Program-made: the position numbers and the translations under genes | Source: Candidatus Obscuribacteraceae bacterium | GTDB lineage: Bacteria > Cyanobacteriota > Vampirovibrionia > Obscuribacterales > Obscuribacteraceae | Reading direction: 5' to 3' | DNA: 64,000 nucleotides | Assembly (NCBI GenBank): GCA_044226015.1 | Contig: JBGAHS010000001.1 | Location: 192,001 to 256,000 of the forward strand | Shown here: positions 9,452 through 18,308 of the stretch, in pieces | Position numbering within the stretch: position 1 is the stretch's first letter | Layout: each line of letters starts with the position of its first letter | Notes under the pieces: generated by a model | Database searches by the model: none | Seen by the model: the letters and a program-made list of their open reading frames with translations, nothing else | Told to the model about the DNA's origin: nothing

Positions 9452-11017
9452 TTATGGATTGAACGCGATCAGGAATGTGGATAGAAAGTTAAACCCGACG
9501 TGCGTAATTATCGTCGTGGTGGTGTTTGTATAGCGGCGAATTATGCACATCAATGTTGACCAGCCAAAAACTTGTAGTATCAGCAGTGGTGCATGAGCAA
9601 ATTGTCCGTGCAGAACTCCGTGCATGAAAGCCGCCGGTAAAATTCCAAATACGGGCTGTAACGCGCCTCTTATAAGCGTCTCTTCGCCCAACCCTGCGCA
9701 GAGTCCCGTAGCTGAGGCAAGAATCAATGCTGGACCAGGAGATGTGCCACCAGTAAATGTTCCTTCGTTATAGTGTGAAAGTTTGTCTGCGTAATTTAAG
9801 CCTTCCTGAGAGTGCGTGTAGAACGACCAGAGCCAGTCGTATGCGAAGGTTACGAAGATGCCAACGACTCCAATTAGAACCTGTGTCCATGTGGGTTTTA
9901 CCAAGCCAAGTCGGCGGAGTACTTCCATTGGTTTTCTTGTAAGGAAAATACCAGTTCCGCAAACTGAGAGAAAAATGAGTCCTAAGAAGTTATAGGAAAA
10001 AAGTTGATCCATCGTTACTGGCATGGGAATTGAGATTGCCGGCATTCCGAAGCCAGCTATTTCAATGTGCGTGAGCAAGAATGCCATGCAAGTTATGTAG
10101 ATCCAAAGTCCGTTCATGTGCGGAATTGAGTCAGCCATGAAAATTCTTTCTGCAAAAAACGACTTTATGAAACTGACTTTTTCCATCTTTGGTGCAGTTT
10201 CTTCCAGTGTTGCATCCAGTGGTGTACTTGCAGATGCTTGTGCTGATCTTGATTCTGCTGCGCTGGGACCCTGTTCATCTCTTAGCTCAAAGTCAGCTTG
10301 CTCTGCTGTTGCTGCTTCTGCGTTGCGTTTTGCGGAGTCTGGGTCGGATGAGTCTGTCACAGCAGATTCTGTAGTAGCGGATTCTGTTGTGTTTGATTCT
10401 GTTGTGGTGGATTCTGCAGCAGTTGTTGAGTCGGAGGGAGTTGAAGCTTCGCTGTTCGCTGCTGTGTCTGCCTCTGATTTGTCTGTTTCTGAACTTGCTT
10501 CAGCGGCTGCTTTCGCCGGCGAGGAGTCTTGTGTGGATTCTGCTGTCTTGCCAGAGCTAGCCGAATCTTCAGCTGACCCGGTCGTTGCAGCCCCGGTGGA
10601 AGTGGAAGCCGGTGACGACGCTGGAGCCATAGCCGGGGTTCTGGAAAGCCCGGCCAGGCTGGTGACTGGGTAGAGTTGCTTTTTTACAGGAACTGGTTGA
10701 ATCAATTTGCCGCAGGCAGCCACAAGAAATCGACCTGCCATCAGTTGATTGAAGAAAGTGAGTAGATAGGAAAGGAATTCCCTACCAGGACGGAAGAGCA
10801 GTAAGCCGGTCAACGAGACGGTGAGGAGCAGGATGCTGTAGTTGAATGGATTCTCTAAATAACTGTTCGGATCTGCGAGAAGAGTGATTCCTTCGCCGAT
10901 CAAGAACAGTACATATGTGACTCGGAGCACCCACTCCATCCAGGTTTGCCTGGATGCGCCGTGTGCCATCATCCCTAGAATGCAGCAAGCGATTATGGCT
11001 ATAAGGTCGTCAGACAC
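9452..11017 (-). CDS. CPBP/CAAX-family intramembrane metalloprotease with long low-complexity insertion
   Basis: GEETLIRG, HGVLH and HVGFN motifs; multiple TM segments; Ser/Thr/Ala/Glu-rich insert. Confidence 0.85.
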   Translation of the reverse strand: MSDDLIAIIACCILGMMAHGASRQTWMEWVLRVTYVLFLIGEGITLLADPNSYLENPFNYSILLLTVSLTGLLLFRPGREFLSYLLTFFNQLMAGRFLVAACGKLIQPVPVKKQLYPVTSLAGLSRTPAMAPASSPASTSTGAATTGSAEDSASSGKTAESTQDSSPAKAAAEASSETDKSEADTAANSEASTPSDSTTAAESTTTESNTTESATTESAVTDSSDPDSAKRNAEAATAEQADFELRDEQGPSAAESRSAQASASTPLDATLEETAPKMEKVSFIKSFFAERIFMADSIPHMNGLWIYITCMAFLLTHIEIAGFGMPAISIPMPVTMDQLFSYNFLGLIFLSVCGTGIFLTRKPMEVLRRLGLVKPTWTQVLIGVVGIFVTFAYDWLWSFYTHSQEGLNYADKLSHYNEGTFTGGTSPGPALILASATGLCAGLGEETLIRGALQPVFGILPAAFMHGVLHGQFAHAPLLILQVFGWSTLMCIIRRYTNTTTTIITHVGFNFLSTFLIAFNP

Positions 11018-11201
11018 CGGAAAATCCTTTGGTTCAGGTAAGAATTAACATTAATCAGACAATATTAATCTGACTTCGTTGTGTTATTATAATTGTCAAG
11101 AACTAACTGGGTACATGGTATTTATCATAGAACTTTAGCTGGTATTAAGCCAACCTGGTTACTAGAAGTCACGAAGAAATCAAATGGAGGTTTACACTAA
11201 T

Positions 11202-11423
11202 ATGCGTCTGAAAAGCCTGCTGAGTGCAGCAGTCATCGCAGGAGCCTTCGGCGTCACGGTAACAGCCGCGCTCGCTCAGCCGCTCCTTGTGGGTCCGACA
11301 AGTGCCCCGATGTTGCCGAAAGCATTTGCCATTCCAATATCTGGAGCACAAGTTCAAACAAAAGTTCTGGCTACATACCGCCAAGTCAGGTCATTCTGGC
11401 TATCGAGAGCAATCGTTAGGTAG
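11202..11423 (+). CDS. Small secreted cationic protein
   Basis: GGAGG RBS at 11186-11190, ATG 11202, signal peptide ending ALA, own terminator downstream. Confidence 0.65.
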   Translation: MRLKSLLSAAVIAGAFGVTVTAALAQPLLVGPTSAPMLPKAFAIPISGAQVQTKVLATYRQVRSFWLSRAIVR

Positions 11424-11457
11424 TAGCAGTCTACAATTTTTGCTTCGGACTTCTACT

Positions 11458-11493
11458 GGAGGGGTCAGCTCAGGCTGATCCCTCCTCCTTTTT
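11458..11493 (+). terminator. Intrinsic terminator
   Basis: GGAGGGGTCAGC-TCAG-GCTGATCCCTCC followed by TCCTTTTT. Confidence 0.75.
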
Positions 11494-11686
11494 GGACCTT
11501 GAGTCCAGCGCTTTCAGGTTTAGATCCTGTCGGGATTCGGATCCTCTAAGGCACTGGGATTTTGTCTGGACTTGGGCTCCTGTCGGGCATTGGGATCCGC
11601 TCGGGCATTGGCCGTCTAAAAAGAGAAGCTGAGCATGTACAGGCTGGCTTTGCTTCCAGTCCGGCGGCTAATCGCGCCGACAGCTA

Positions 11687-11968
11687 CTACTTCGAAATGC
11701 GAACGATGATTTCGTCAGAACCCGCTAGATTGAGTCTTTCACGAGCCAATCTTTCGATGCCAGAGTTTGAACGGTAGCTGCTGAGCCCTTCGCGCAGCTC
11801 TTTGTTCACTTCTTGAGCCTGCGTATGACCCGACTTCAGTGCCAGGGTTTGCTTGTGCAGATAGAACTGGTGATGGACGCTGCTGTATATCGACTTGCAG
11901 GCGTGGAAGATAGCCAGGCAAGTCACCAGCATTATTGCGCATTCACGAATTACTTTCTTCTTGTTCAT
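11687..11968 (-). CDS. Septum formation initiator (FtsB/DivIC-like) protein
   Basis: Short basic N-terminus, one TM, coiled coil, IERLARERLNL...E motif. Confidence 0.7.
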   Translation of the reverse strand: MNKKKVIRECAIMLVTCLAIFHACKSIYSSVHHQFYLHKQTLALKSGHTQAQEVNKELREGLSSYRSNSGIERLARERLNLAGSDEIIVRISK

Positions 11969-12031
11969 ACTCGAATAGCATACTAGCTGTTGCTAAGCGT
12001 TCTGTCTATGTTTTTCGTTTAAGCGCTCGCC

Positions 12032-13477
12032 TTAGTGGACAGCAAGCATCCTGGCGCCAATGTTCTGTAGAAGATCATCAATGGTTTTATCGAATTCCGA
12101 TTTCAGTGCATCAACTCGTTCTGAAGTAGGCGCTTCGAAGTAGAATCGAGTCAATGGTTCTGTGCCACTGGGTCTTACTAGAATCCAGCTGCCATCATCA
12201 AGATAATATTTGAAGCCGTCGAGTCGACCAATCTTCTCCACTCGGCTGCCAGCGATTTTCGCAAATGGTTCGGCATTCAATTTCTCTACGAAGTTCTTTT
12301 GCCCTTCGGTTGTTAGGCGCAAGTCGCGCCGTCTGTATGCGAATTCCGCGCCGGTTTGTGCCACCAATTCGTCCCAGATTTGCGACAGCGATTTCTTTTC
12401 GTATGCGAGCATTTCTGTGAGAAGCAGGTTGCATAAGATTCCATCTTTTTCTGGAATGTGTCCTTTCACTGAGCAGCCGCCGGATTCTTCGCCGCCGATC
12501 AATATATCTTTCTCTTGCATCAATGCGCTTATGTACTTGAATCCTACTGGTGTTTCAAATATTTCCAGGTCATATGACTTGGCTAAGCGATCCATAAAAT
12601 GAGTTGTTGCAACTGTTTTGACGATAGCACCCGATGCAGCACGATTTTTCAGCATGTGCATCGTGAGAAGGGCTAACAATTGGTTAGGAGATACGTATAC
12701 TCCCTTATCGTCGATAACGGCGAACCGGTCAGCATCTCCATCGGTAGCTAAGCCAACGTGCAATTTTTCGTCAACGACCAGTTTGCTCAGGTCCTTCAAA
12801 TACTGTGCTTTTGGTTCGGGCATGCCGCCGCCAAAGAGCGGGTCGCGCCAGTTGTGTAGGACTTTTGTTTCTACTCCGTGCTTTTGCAAAAGCATATCGA
12901 GGTAATCTCTGCTTGTGCTGTACAAGCATTCAACGCCTACTCTGATGCCAGATTTCGCTATTCTTTCGAAATCTATCATCTCTTCTATTGCCGCTACATA
13001 TGGTGCCTTTGGGCAAAATGTTGGAACGTCGATAGAATGTACGTCTATTTCATAAGGCATGTCGGAGAGGTGCGAGACGATGCGTTCGGTAATGTCATTA
13101 GTGGCTGGTCCAGCGTGTTCCGTGATGTACTTAATGCCGCAATATTCAGGTGGGTTGTGGCTGGCAGTTAATTGAATCGCGCCAACTGTTTTTTCCATGA
13201 TGGTGGCATATGCGATTACTGGGGTTGGCACGTCTCTGTCGGCAACCTTCGCTGGTATTCCCATAGAGATGAATACTTGAGCTGCTCGTTTTGCAAAAGC
13301 ATCTGCCTGAAATCTGGTGTCATAACCGACAAGAATTGGAGAGCGAGTGCCGTTCTTGTGGTAGTTCTCGATGATATATTGCCCGATAGCGTAAGCAACC
13401 TTTTCAACGTTGGCGAATGTGAAGTCTTCCGCAATTACGGCTCTCCAGCCATCCGTACCGAATGTGATTTGCGACAT
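12032..13477 (-). CDS. Phosphoglucomutase/phosphomannomutase family protein
   Basis: FGTDGWR, TASHNP, DGDADR, GEESG, RPSGTEP. ATG at 13477 is preceded by GGAGG. Confidence 0.95.
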   Translation of the reverse strand: MSQITFGTDGWRAVIAEDFTFANVEKVAYAIGQYIIENYHKNGTRSPILVGYDTRFQADAFAKRAAQVFISMGIPAKVADRDVPTPVIAYATIMEKTVGAIQLTASHNPPEYCGIKYITEHAGPATNDITERIVSHLSDMPYEIDVHSIDVPTFCPKAPYVAAIEEMIDFERIAKSGIRVGVECLYSTSRDYLDMLLQKHGVETKVLHNWRDPLFGGGMPEPKAQYLKDLSKLVVDEKLHVGLATDGDADRFAVIDDKGVYVSPNQLLALLTMHMLKNRAASGAIVKTVATTHFMDRLAKSYDLEIFETPVGFKYISALMQEKDILIGGEESGGCSVKGHIPEKDGILCNLLLTEMLAYEKKSLSQIWDELVAQTGAEFAYRRRDLRLTTEGQKNFVEKLNAEPFAKIAGSRVEKIGRLDGFKYYLDDGSWILVRPSGTEPLTRFYFEAPTSERVDALKSEFDKTIDDLLQNIGARMLAVH

Positions 13478-13545
13478 TTTAGGGCAATTCCTCCGTTGAG
13501 TTTCATCAATCCGCCAACCATGGCAGTAATAATAACCGTTTCGCT

Positions 13546-14661
13546 TTATACCTTGCAAATTTGTGTCTTATTAAGATTACTTTCTTGAACAGCAGAAGCC
13601 GCTTCTGCTGCAATCGGCGGCAGGGCTATCTTGTTTTTTTTCTGATTACAACCGCAAAGGTTGCGCAGCGAGTTCCATGCAGTTTCAGCCTGTCGCTCTA
13701 TGCCCCAGCTCTTGTGTATTGGTATTGTGCAGGGTGCCTTCGCTACGGTGGGCTGAAGATCTCTCAATTCTTGTTCGGAGTTGAACTGAATCAAGCTGCC
13801 ATCTCTGCCATAAAAGCGATATGTGATGTTTCGCCAGTCGCCTCTCCTGGAGTTGTCTGACGTGTATGTGGTTGCCATCCTGAAGCCGTCGTGAGTAAAG
13901 GCTGCTGTGATATACCTGCTGCCTTCGGCATCGAAGAGTCGGCGTCTTTCCAGATGTATCTGCTCAACTAAATCGAGACAAAAGAACTGATTATCCTTTG
14001 TGTAGAGGTAGAAACGTCCCCACGGATCAACTGACATGCTGTCGCCAATCGCGCGGACGCGTCCTTGTGTGTCGCGCACAGTTACCGAGTTTCCAGTCTT
14101 GCTGGCTACGCTGTGTAGCTCACCGCTGGCTGTGATACGAAGATATTCACAAAGCTCGTTATTCTTATCGTAATGAAGAACTATGCATTCGCCAGAGCGG
14201 GCGTAAACTGCCTTCACTCGACCGAGTGCATCTTTGCTGATGATGCTTCCGTTATCGAAAGTTTCTTCTCTTGTTCCATTGTCCAGCTTTGCGATTTGCA
14301 CGACTTTTGCGCTTCGCATTGGCAGTTCGAAATCCAATTTGTGGACAATTTCATTCGTCTGAATTTCTTCGTCTGGTAGAGAGGGCTCTGGCTCGATCGG
14401 CGAGAAATCAATTAGCTCTGATTCATCAAGCAACTCGTCTGCAAGTTCCGCAAGAAAGTTGGCTTCGTTCTCATCTTCAGGTGAAAAATCGATAATTCCA
14501 GCCAGAAGTTTGCTTCGATTTTGTTCATTTTTGCAAACCGAAATGGCTAAATCGCGCGAGCATATCCTGGAGATAAACTCGTGCCTTGTGTGTTTGGGAC
14601 TCGTATTGAGCACCATCTCGCCCGCCCAGGAAACTTTGCCTAACCCAGCCAAACGTGGCAA
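13546..14661 (-). CDS. Hypothetical protein with beta-hairpin-like (D.xGRV) repeats
   Basis: 371 aa ORF in a co-oriented run; acidic N-region; no recognised family; start uncertain. Confidence 0.65.
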   Translation of the reverse strand: MPRLAGLGKVSWAGEMVLNTSPKHTRHEFISRICSRDLAISVCKNEQNRSKLLAGIIDFSPEDENEANFLAELADELLDESELIDFSPIEPEPSLPDEEIQTNEIVHKLDFELPMRSAKVVQIAKLDNGTREETFDNGSIISKDALGRVKAVYARSGECIVLHYDKNNELCEYLRITASGELHSVASKTGNSVTVRDTQGRVRAIGDSMSVDPWGRFYLYTKDNQFFCLDLVEQIHLERRRLFDAEGSRYITAAFTHDGFRMATTYTSDNSRRGDWRNITYRFYGRDGSLIQFNSEQELRDLQPTVAKAPCTIPIHKSWGIERQAETAWNSLRNLCGCNQKKNKIALPPIAAEAASAVQESNLNKTQICKV

Positions 14662-14702
14662 AGCCCCAGTAGATATTACTGCAAGTCGCCTCAGGCTACT
14701 AT

Positions 14703-16475
14703 TTAAGTTTCCATAGGGTTTTTGACTTCGGTCTCGAGCCAGCCTCTGACTTGAAGAGACTCCGCCATTCTCAGACCAGAGGTTCTTTCGTCATACATGG
14801 CGACCTGGAATTGCGCCATGGTTATTTTGTTTCTTGCAAGCAAATCTTGTGCAAGGCGCAGTGAAGCTAATTCATTTCGCGTTGCGTAACCTGCATTAAT
14901 GCAGAGTTGCTCTGGCGAGATGTTCGGTGCCAGTTGCATCTGTGCTTTTAGAGCTTGCACTTCTAGTTTTGAGATCAGGTGTGCCGACTCCATCAAGCGA
15001 ATGACGCCGGGCAATTCTATGACCGCCTCTGGCTTTCTGAGTTGTGCCTCGTCAAAGACGAAGGCATGTTTTTTCTCTGTACCTTGGGTGCGGCGATGCT
15101 CTGGCTTGTGGTCGGGACGCGCGGTCTCTGGTTTAGGCGAAGCGAGGTCAGCTGGCACGCTTGGTGGCTTGTTGGCTGCAGCCTCGGCCCAGTCAGCGAT
15201 GTTGGAAGGCAATGGTGGAGGTGGTGGCACTACTGTTTGCGCCGGCAACTGAGGCGCTGGTGGCACATTGACCTGATTTGGTAATGGTGGCACAGGTGGT
15301 ACCACTGTTCCGCTTGTGCTTGCCGCATTTTGCTTAGGCAATGGTGGCGGTGGTGGTACTACTGTTTGCCCTGGCAATGGCGGAGGTGGTGGCACCTGCA
15401 CCTGGTTAGGCAGCGGCGGGGGAGGAGGAACCTGTACTTGATTTGGAAGTGTCGGAGGTGGTGGCACCTGCACCTGGTTAGGCAGAGGAGGCGGAGGCGG
15501 TACCTGCACCTGGCTGGGGCGTTCAGTTTCAAGTGTCTCTTGTGCAGAAGTTCCTTGTGCCACTGGCTGTGGTGGCGCTTCTGGCGCTACAAAAGCGCTC
15601 GGCTCCGAGTTAGCGTTTGGCACTTCAAAGTTTGGTGTTTGTTGCTGCGCCAGTGCTGCCTGAGCTGCTGGGTCTTGATACTCATACTCTGGTGCCGGTA
15701 CTTGTGCCGATGGGTCGTACTCATAAGTCGGAACTTGAACGGCGGGTAGCTCTTGAGTGTCGGCAGGATCGTGGTAACGTGGAGTTGCAGCAGCTTGTCC
15801 CTGTCCATCAGAACCCGTCTGTGCATTCGCCTGTGCTTGTTCTGCTTCGTTCGCTTGAGCTTCGTATTGTGCCTGAGCTGCGGCGTATTGTGCCTGGGCT
15901 GCTGCAGGGTCGAACTCGTATTCCTGTGTTTCTTGAGTCTCTTCGGAAGCTGAAGCTGCGGTTTCGTATTCTTGCGTTTCTTGCGAGGCTTGAGCAGCAG
16001 GCTCTGGCGCAGCAGGTTGACCCTGTTCCTCGCCTTGTTCAACATATTCTTCTTCGTAATCTTCTTCGTCTTGGCTTTCGTACAGCCATCGACGGGCAAC
16101 AACTAAGTCGTGGCTCAGTCGCAAGCGCGGCTTTCGCAAAACGAACCCTGCATTGAGCATTGAGTTGTAGTATTGCCTGTGATCTTTGGCGTTGTAGTCA
16201 CGCAGAAACTGCCTAACGGCTCGCAGATACGCGACCACGATGCCATTGAGTCCCGCACCCGGTCTTACAGCTATTAGTTCGTAGTAGTTTGCTTTGTTGC
16301 TGCCATCGCCTTCTTCCGGTGGCGGCAAAAGGTCCGGAAAAAGGTGTGACAGTTCGCGGATTGATGTAAATGCACCAACCTTATCTTTCCTGACCCAACT
16401 TTGCCTGAGCGCAGCGCAGAGAACCTGGCATTCCAGCTCTACTCTGTTGACCGCACCCGCTCCCTTACCCTGCAT
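14703..16475 (-). CDS. Protein with degenerate J-like domain, Gln/Glu/Pro-rich linker and C-terminal MshEN-like helical repeats
   Basis: NYYELIAV...AY...NAGFVL...R..HD pattern without HPD; VQVPPPPPLPNQ repeats; C-terminal L...G(Y/W) repeats. Confidence 0.7.
   Translation of the reverse strand: MQGKGAGAVNRVELECQVLCAALRQSWVRKDKVGAFTSIRELSHLFPDLLPPPEEGDGSNKANYYELIAVRPGAGLNGIVVAYLRAVRQFLRDYNAKDHRQYYNSMLNAGFVLRKPRLRLSHDLVVARRWLYESQDEEDYEEEYVEQGEEQGQPAAPEPAAQASQETQEYETAASASEETQETQEYEFDPAAAQAQYAAAQAQYEAQANEAEQAQANAQTGSDGQGQAAATPRYHDPADTQELPAVQVPTYEYDPSAQVPAPEYEYQDPAAQAALAQQQTPNFEVPNANSEPSAFVAPEAPPQPVAQGTSAQETLETERPSQVQVPPPPPLPNQVQVPPPPTLPNQVQVPPPPPLPNQVQVPPPPPLPGQTVVPPPPPLPKQNAASTSGTVVPPVPPLPNQVNVPPAPQLPAQTVVPPPPPLPSNIADWAEAAANKPPSVPADLASPKPETARPDHKPEHRRTQGTEKKHAFVFDEAQLRKPEAVIELPGVIRLMESAHLISKLEVQALKAQMQLAPNISPEQLCINAGYATRNELASLRLAQDLLARNKITMAQFQVAMYDERTSGLRMAESLQVRGWLETEVKNPMET
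15205..15515 (-). repeat. In-frame, mostly 36-bp tandem repeats encoding VQVPPPPPLPNQ-like units
   Basis: About 8 related Pro-rich units visible in the translation and DNA. Confidence 0.85.
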
Positions 16476-16529
16476 CTACGAACCTCTTCCCCTAAAAATT
16501 TCATGCCTCAGACCGACCCAAACATAACT

Positions 16530-16931
16530 TCAGGAAGGCTTGTGCAATTTAAAAATCATCTCGGTCTCGCCAATTTGAATAATGTCACCCGAGTGCAGCA
16601 ATTCACGCTTGTCTACCAGCTCACCGTTTAAGCGCGTTCCGTTGGTGGAACCCAGGTCTTCAAGGAAGAAATCGTCACCCTCGTAGGTGACCCAGGCGTG
16701 GTAGCGTGAAGCGTGCCTGTCATCGTTGAGAACTATTTGGTTAGATGGGTCTCGTCCGATGCGAACCCACCTGACTTCAACTGGAAAAACTTGAGAACCA
16801 AGGGATATTTCGGCAAGTACTTTTTCGAGCTTGTCATCTGAGTCAGGCTTTTTAAAGCACGACATACAGTAACCGACCTCATCTGAGATAGGCTCACCAC
16901 AGCAAGAGCAGTTTTCTGCTGCTTCTTTCAT
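16530..16931 (-). CDS. FHA domain protein with N-terminal zinc ribbon
   Basis: CSCC...CMSC, then IGR, SRYHA and DLGSTNGT FHA motifs. Confidence 0.92.
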   Translation of the reverse strand: MKEAAENCSCCGEPISDEVGYCMSCFKKPDSDDKLEKVLAEISLGSQVFPVEVRWVRIGRDPSNQIVLNDDRHASRYHAWVTYEGDDFFLEDLGSTNGTRLNGELVDKRELLHSGDIIQIGETEMIFKLHKPS

Positions 16932-17372
16932 AGTGAAGGGCTTCCTTTTCCTGACAATTCAAGCTATCAAAGAAAATTATAGAGTGCTCTTCATGTACCT
17001 ACAAGACGGGTGAAATGCAATGCAGTTCTGAGTTTGGAAATCTCAGGTCAAATTAGTCAAATTTGCTGCTTCGCAAATCGTCATTTTGGATAAAAGGGGA
17101 GGCTTTCGGAGAAGGCAAGAGCCATTTGCTGCTGTTGGGGGGATCTATTAGGCTCGACGTCGTTACTCTTGCTCGGATAGCGTGGCGCCAAACTGGGCGT
17201 TGAAATTTGCTGAGGATAGGATATGACCTCCTAACAACCGTGTGCAGTGCTGTACAGGGCTGTATCCCGAGTGCAACTACCGGCGGACTGCAACGAGAAG
17301 CAAAGTAAAGTATCGGAACTCCGTCCGCTGATTTGGGCTTCATGATGTTGTGCATCAGTTGTTGGGCTTGTC

Positions 17373-17555
17373 GGAACCGCAGGAATGAGCTGGACCTTGA
17401 CGAATTAGCTGGACCCGCAGGAATGAGCTGGACCCGCGGGAATGAGCTGGACCCGGATGAACGAGCTGGACCCGCGGGAATGAGCTGGACCTGCACGAAT
17501 GAGCTGGGCCTGCACGAATGGGCTGGACCTGGACCCGAGCTGGACCCGCATGAAT
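17373..17555. repeat. Intergenic tandem array, 19-bp unit GAGCTGGACCCGCRGGAAT, about 9 copies
   Basis: Nine GAGCTGGACC-like cores at about 19-nt spacing. Confidence 0.9.
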
Positions 17556-17617
17556 TTAGTGAGTTTGTACCGCCCGCTGCGGAAAAGCGAAGCAGGTTAG
17601 ACTTGAGGCATCGGTCG

Positions 17618-17953
17618 TTAGAACGCCAATGCTGGCTCTACAACTTGAGGCGCTGCAGCAGCAGGCACTTCGTCTTTCTTCTTGACTTGGTAGCAGCCTA
17701 CACAGTAGACGGGCCTGTAGCCTTTGGGGCGAAACGGAACGCGAGTTGGGCATCCGCAATCAGCACAGCTAACTTCTGATGTTCTATTGAGATCATCGCC
17801 ATTGCGTTGAACACGCATAACTAGACGACAGTTGGGGCAGCGTTTTGGTTCGTTTTTCAAACCTTTTTGCAAGAAGAACTCTTGCTCGCCAATGGAGAAT
17901 ACAAAGGGTTGGTTGCAATCACGGCAATTCAGAATTTTTTCGTCGAGTGACAT
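17618..17953 (-). CDS. Zinc-ribbon protein with CxxC-x17-CxxC domain
   Basis: DKILNCRDC..F.F...EQEFF..KG..NEPKRCPNCR, followed by CADC...VPFRP...RPVYCVGC. Confidence 0.9.
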   Translation of the reverse strand: MSLDEKILNCRDCNQPFVFSIGEQEFFLQKGLKNEPKRCPNCRLVMRVQRNGDDLNRTSEVSCADCGCPTRVPFRPKGYRPVYCVGCYQVKKKDEVPAAAAPQVVEPALAF

Positions 17954-18308
17954 TGCGCTTGATACCTGGTGAACGATGAAGTGAGTTTATTTCGACGGCT
18001 GCCCGCTGTCGACATTTAGGGTCATGCTAGCACACAATTAGTAAATATGAAAGATGTCTTTGCTATAGCTTCGGGAAATCTTATACAAATCTATTGATTC
18101 CCCCATCACTCAAATGAGGTAACCCGGAATTCTCCAATTTGAATGTTGTCAGTAATTCGATAACTTACAGAAGAGGCATTCGTTTTATTGCTTTTGGAAC
18201 TGTCCAAAGTAAAAGCGGTAGCTAGTTATCAAATTAGCTTCACGACTTAAATCAAATTCCAAGAGTTTATTCTTATGCCAGTGCGTACTCCACTATGCAG
18301 GAATTGCG

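Noticed and set aside
17053..17779. ORFs 17053..17496 and 17333..17779 as genes
   Set aside because: They read through the 19-bp array in shifting frames, and one overlaps a real gene on the opposite strand.
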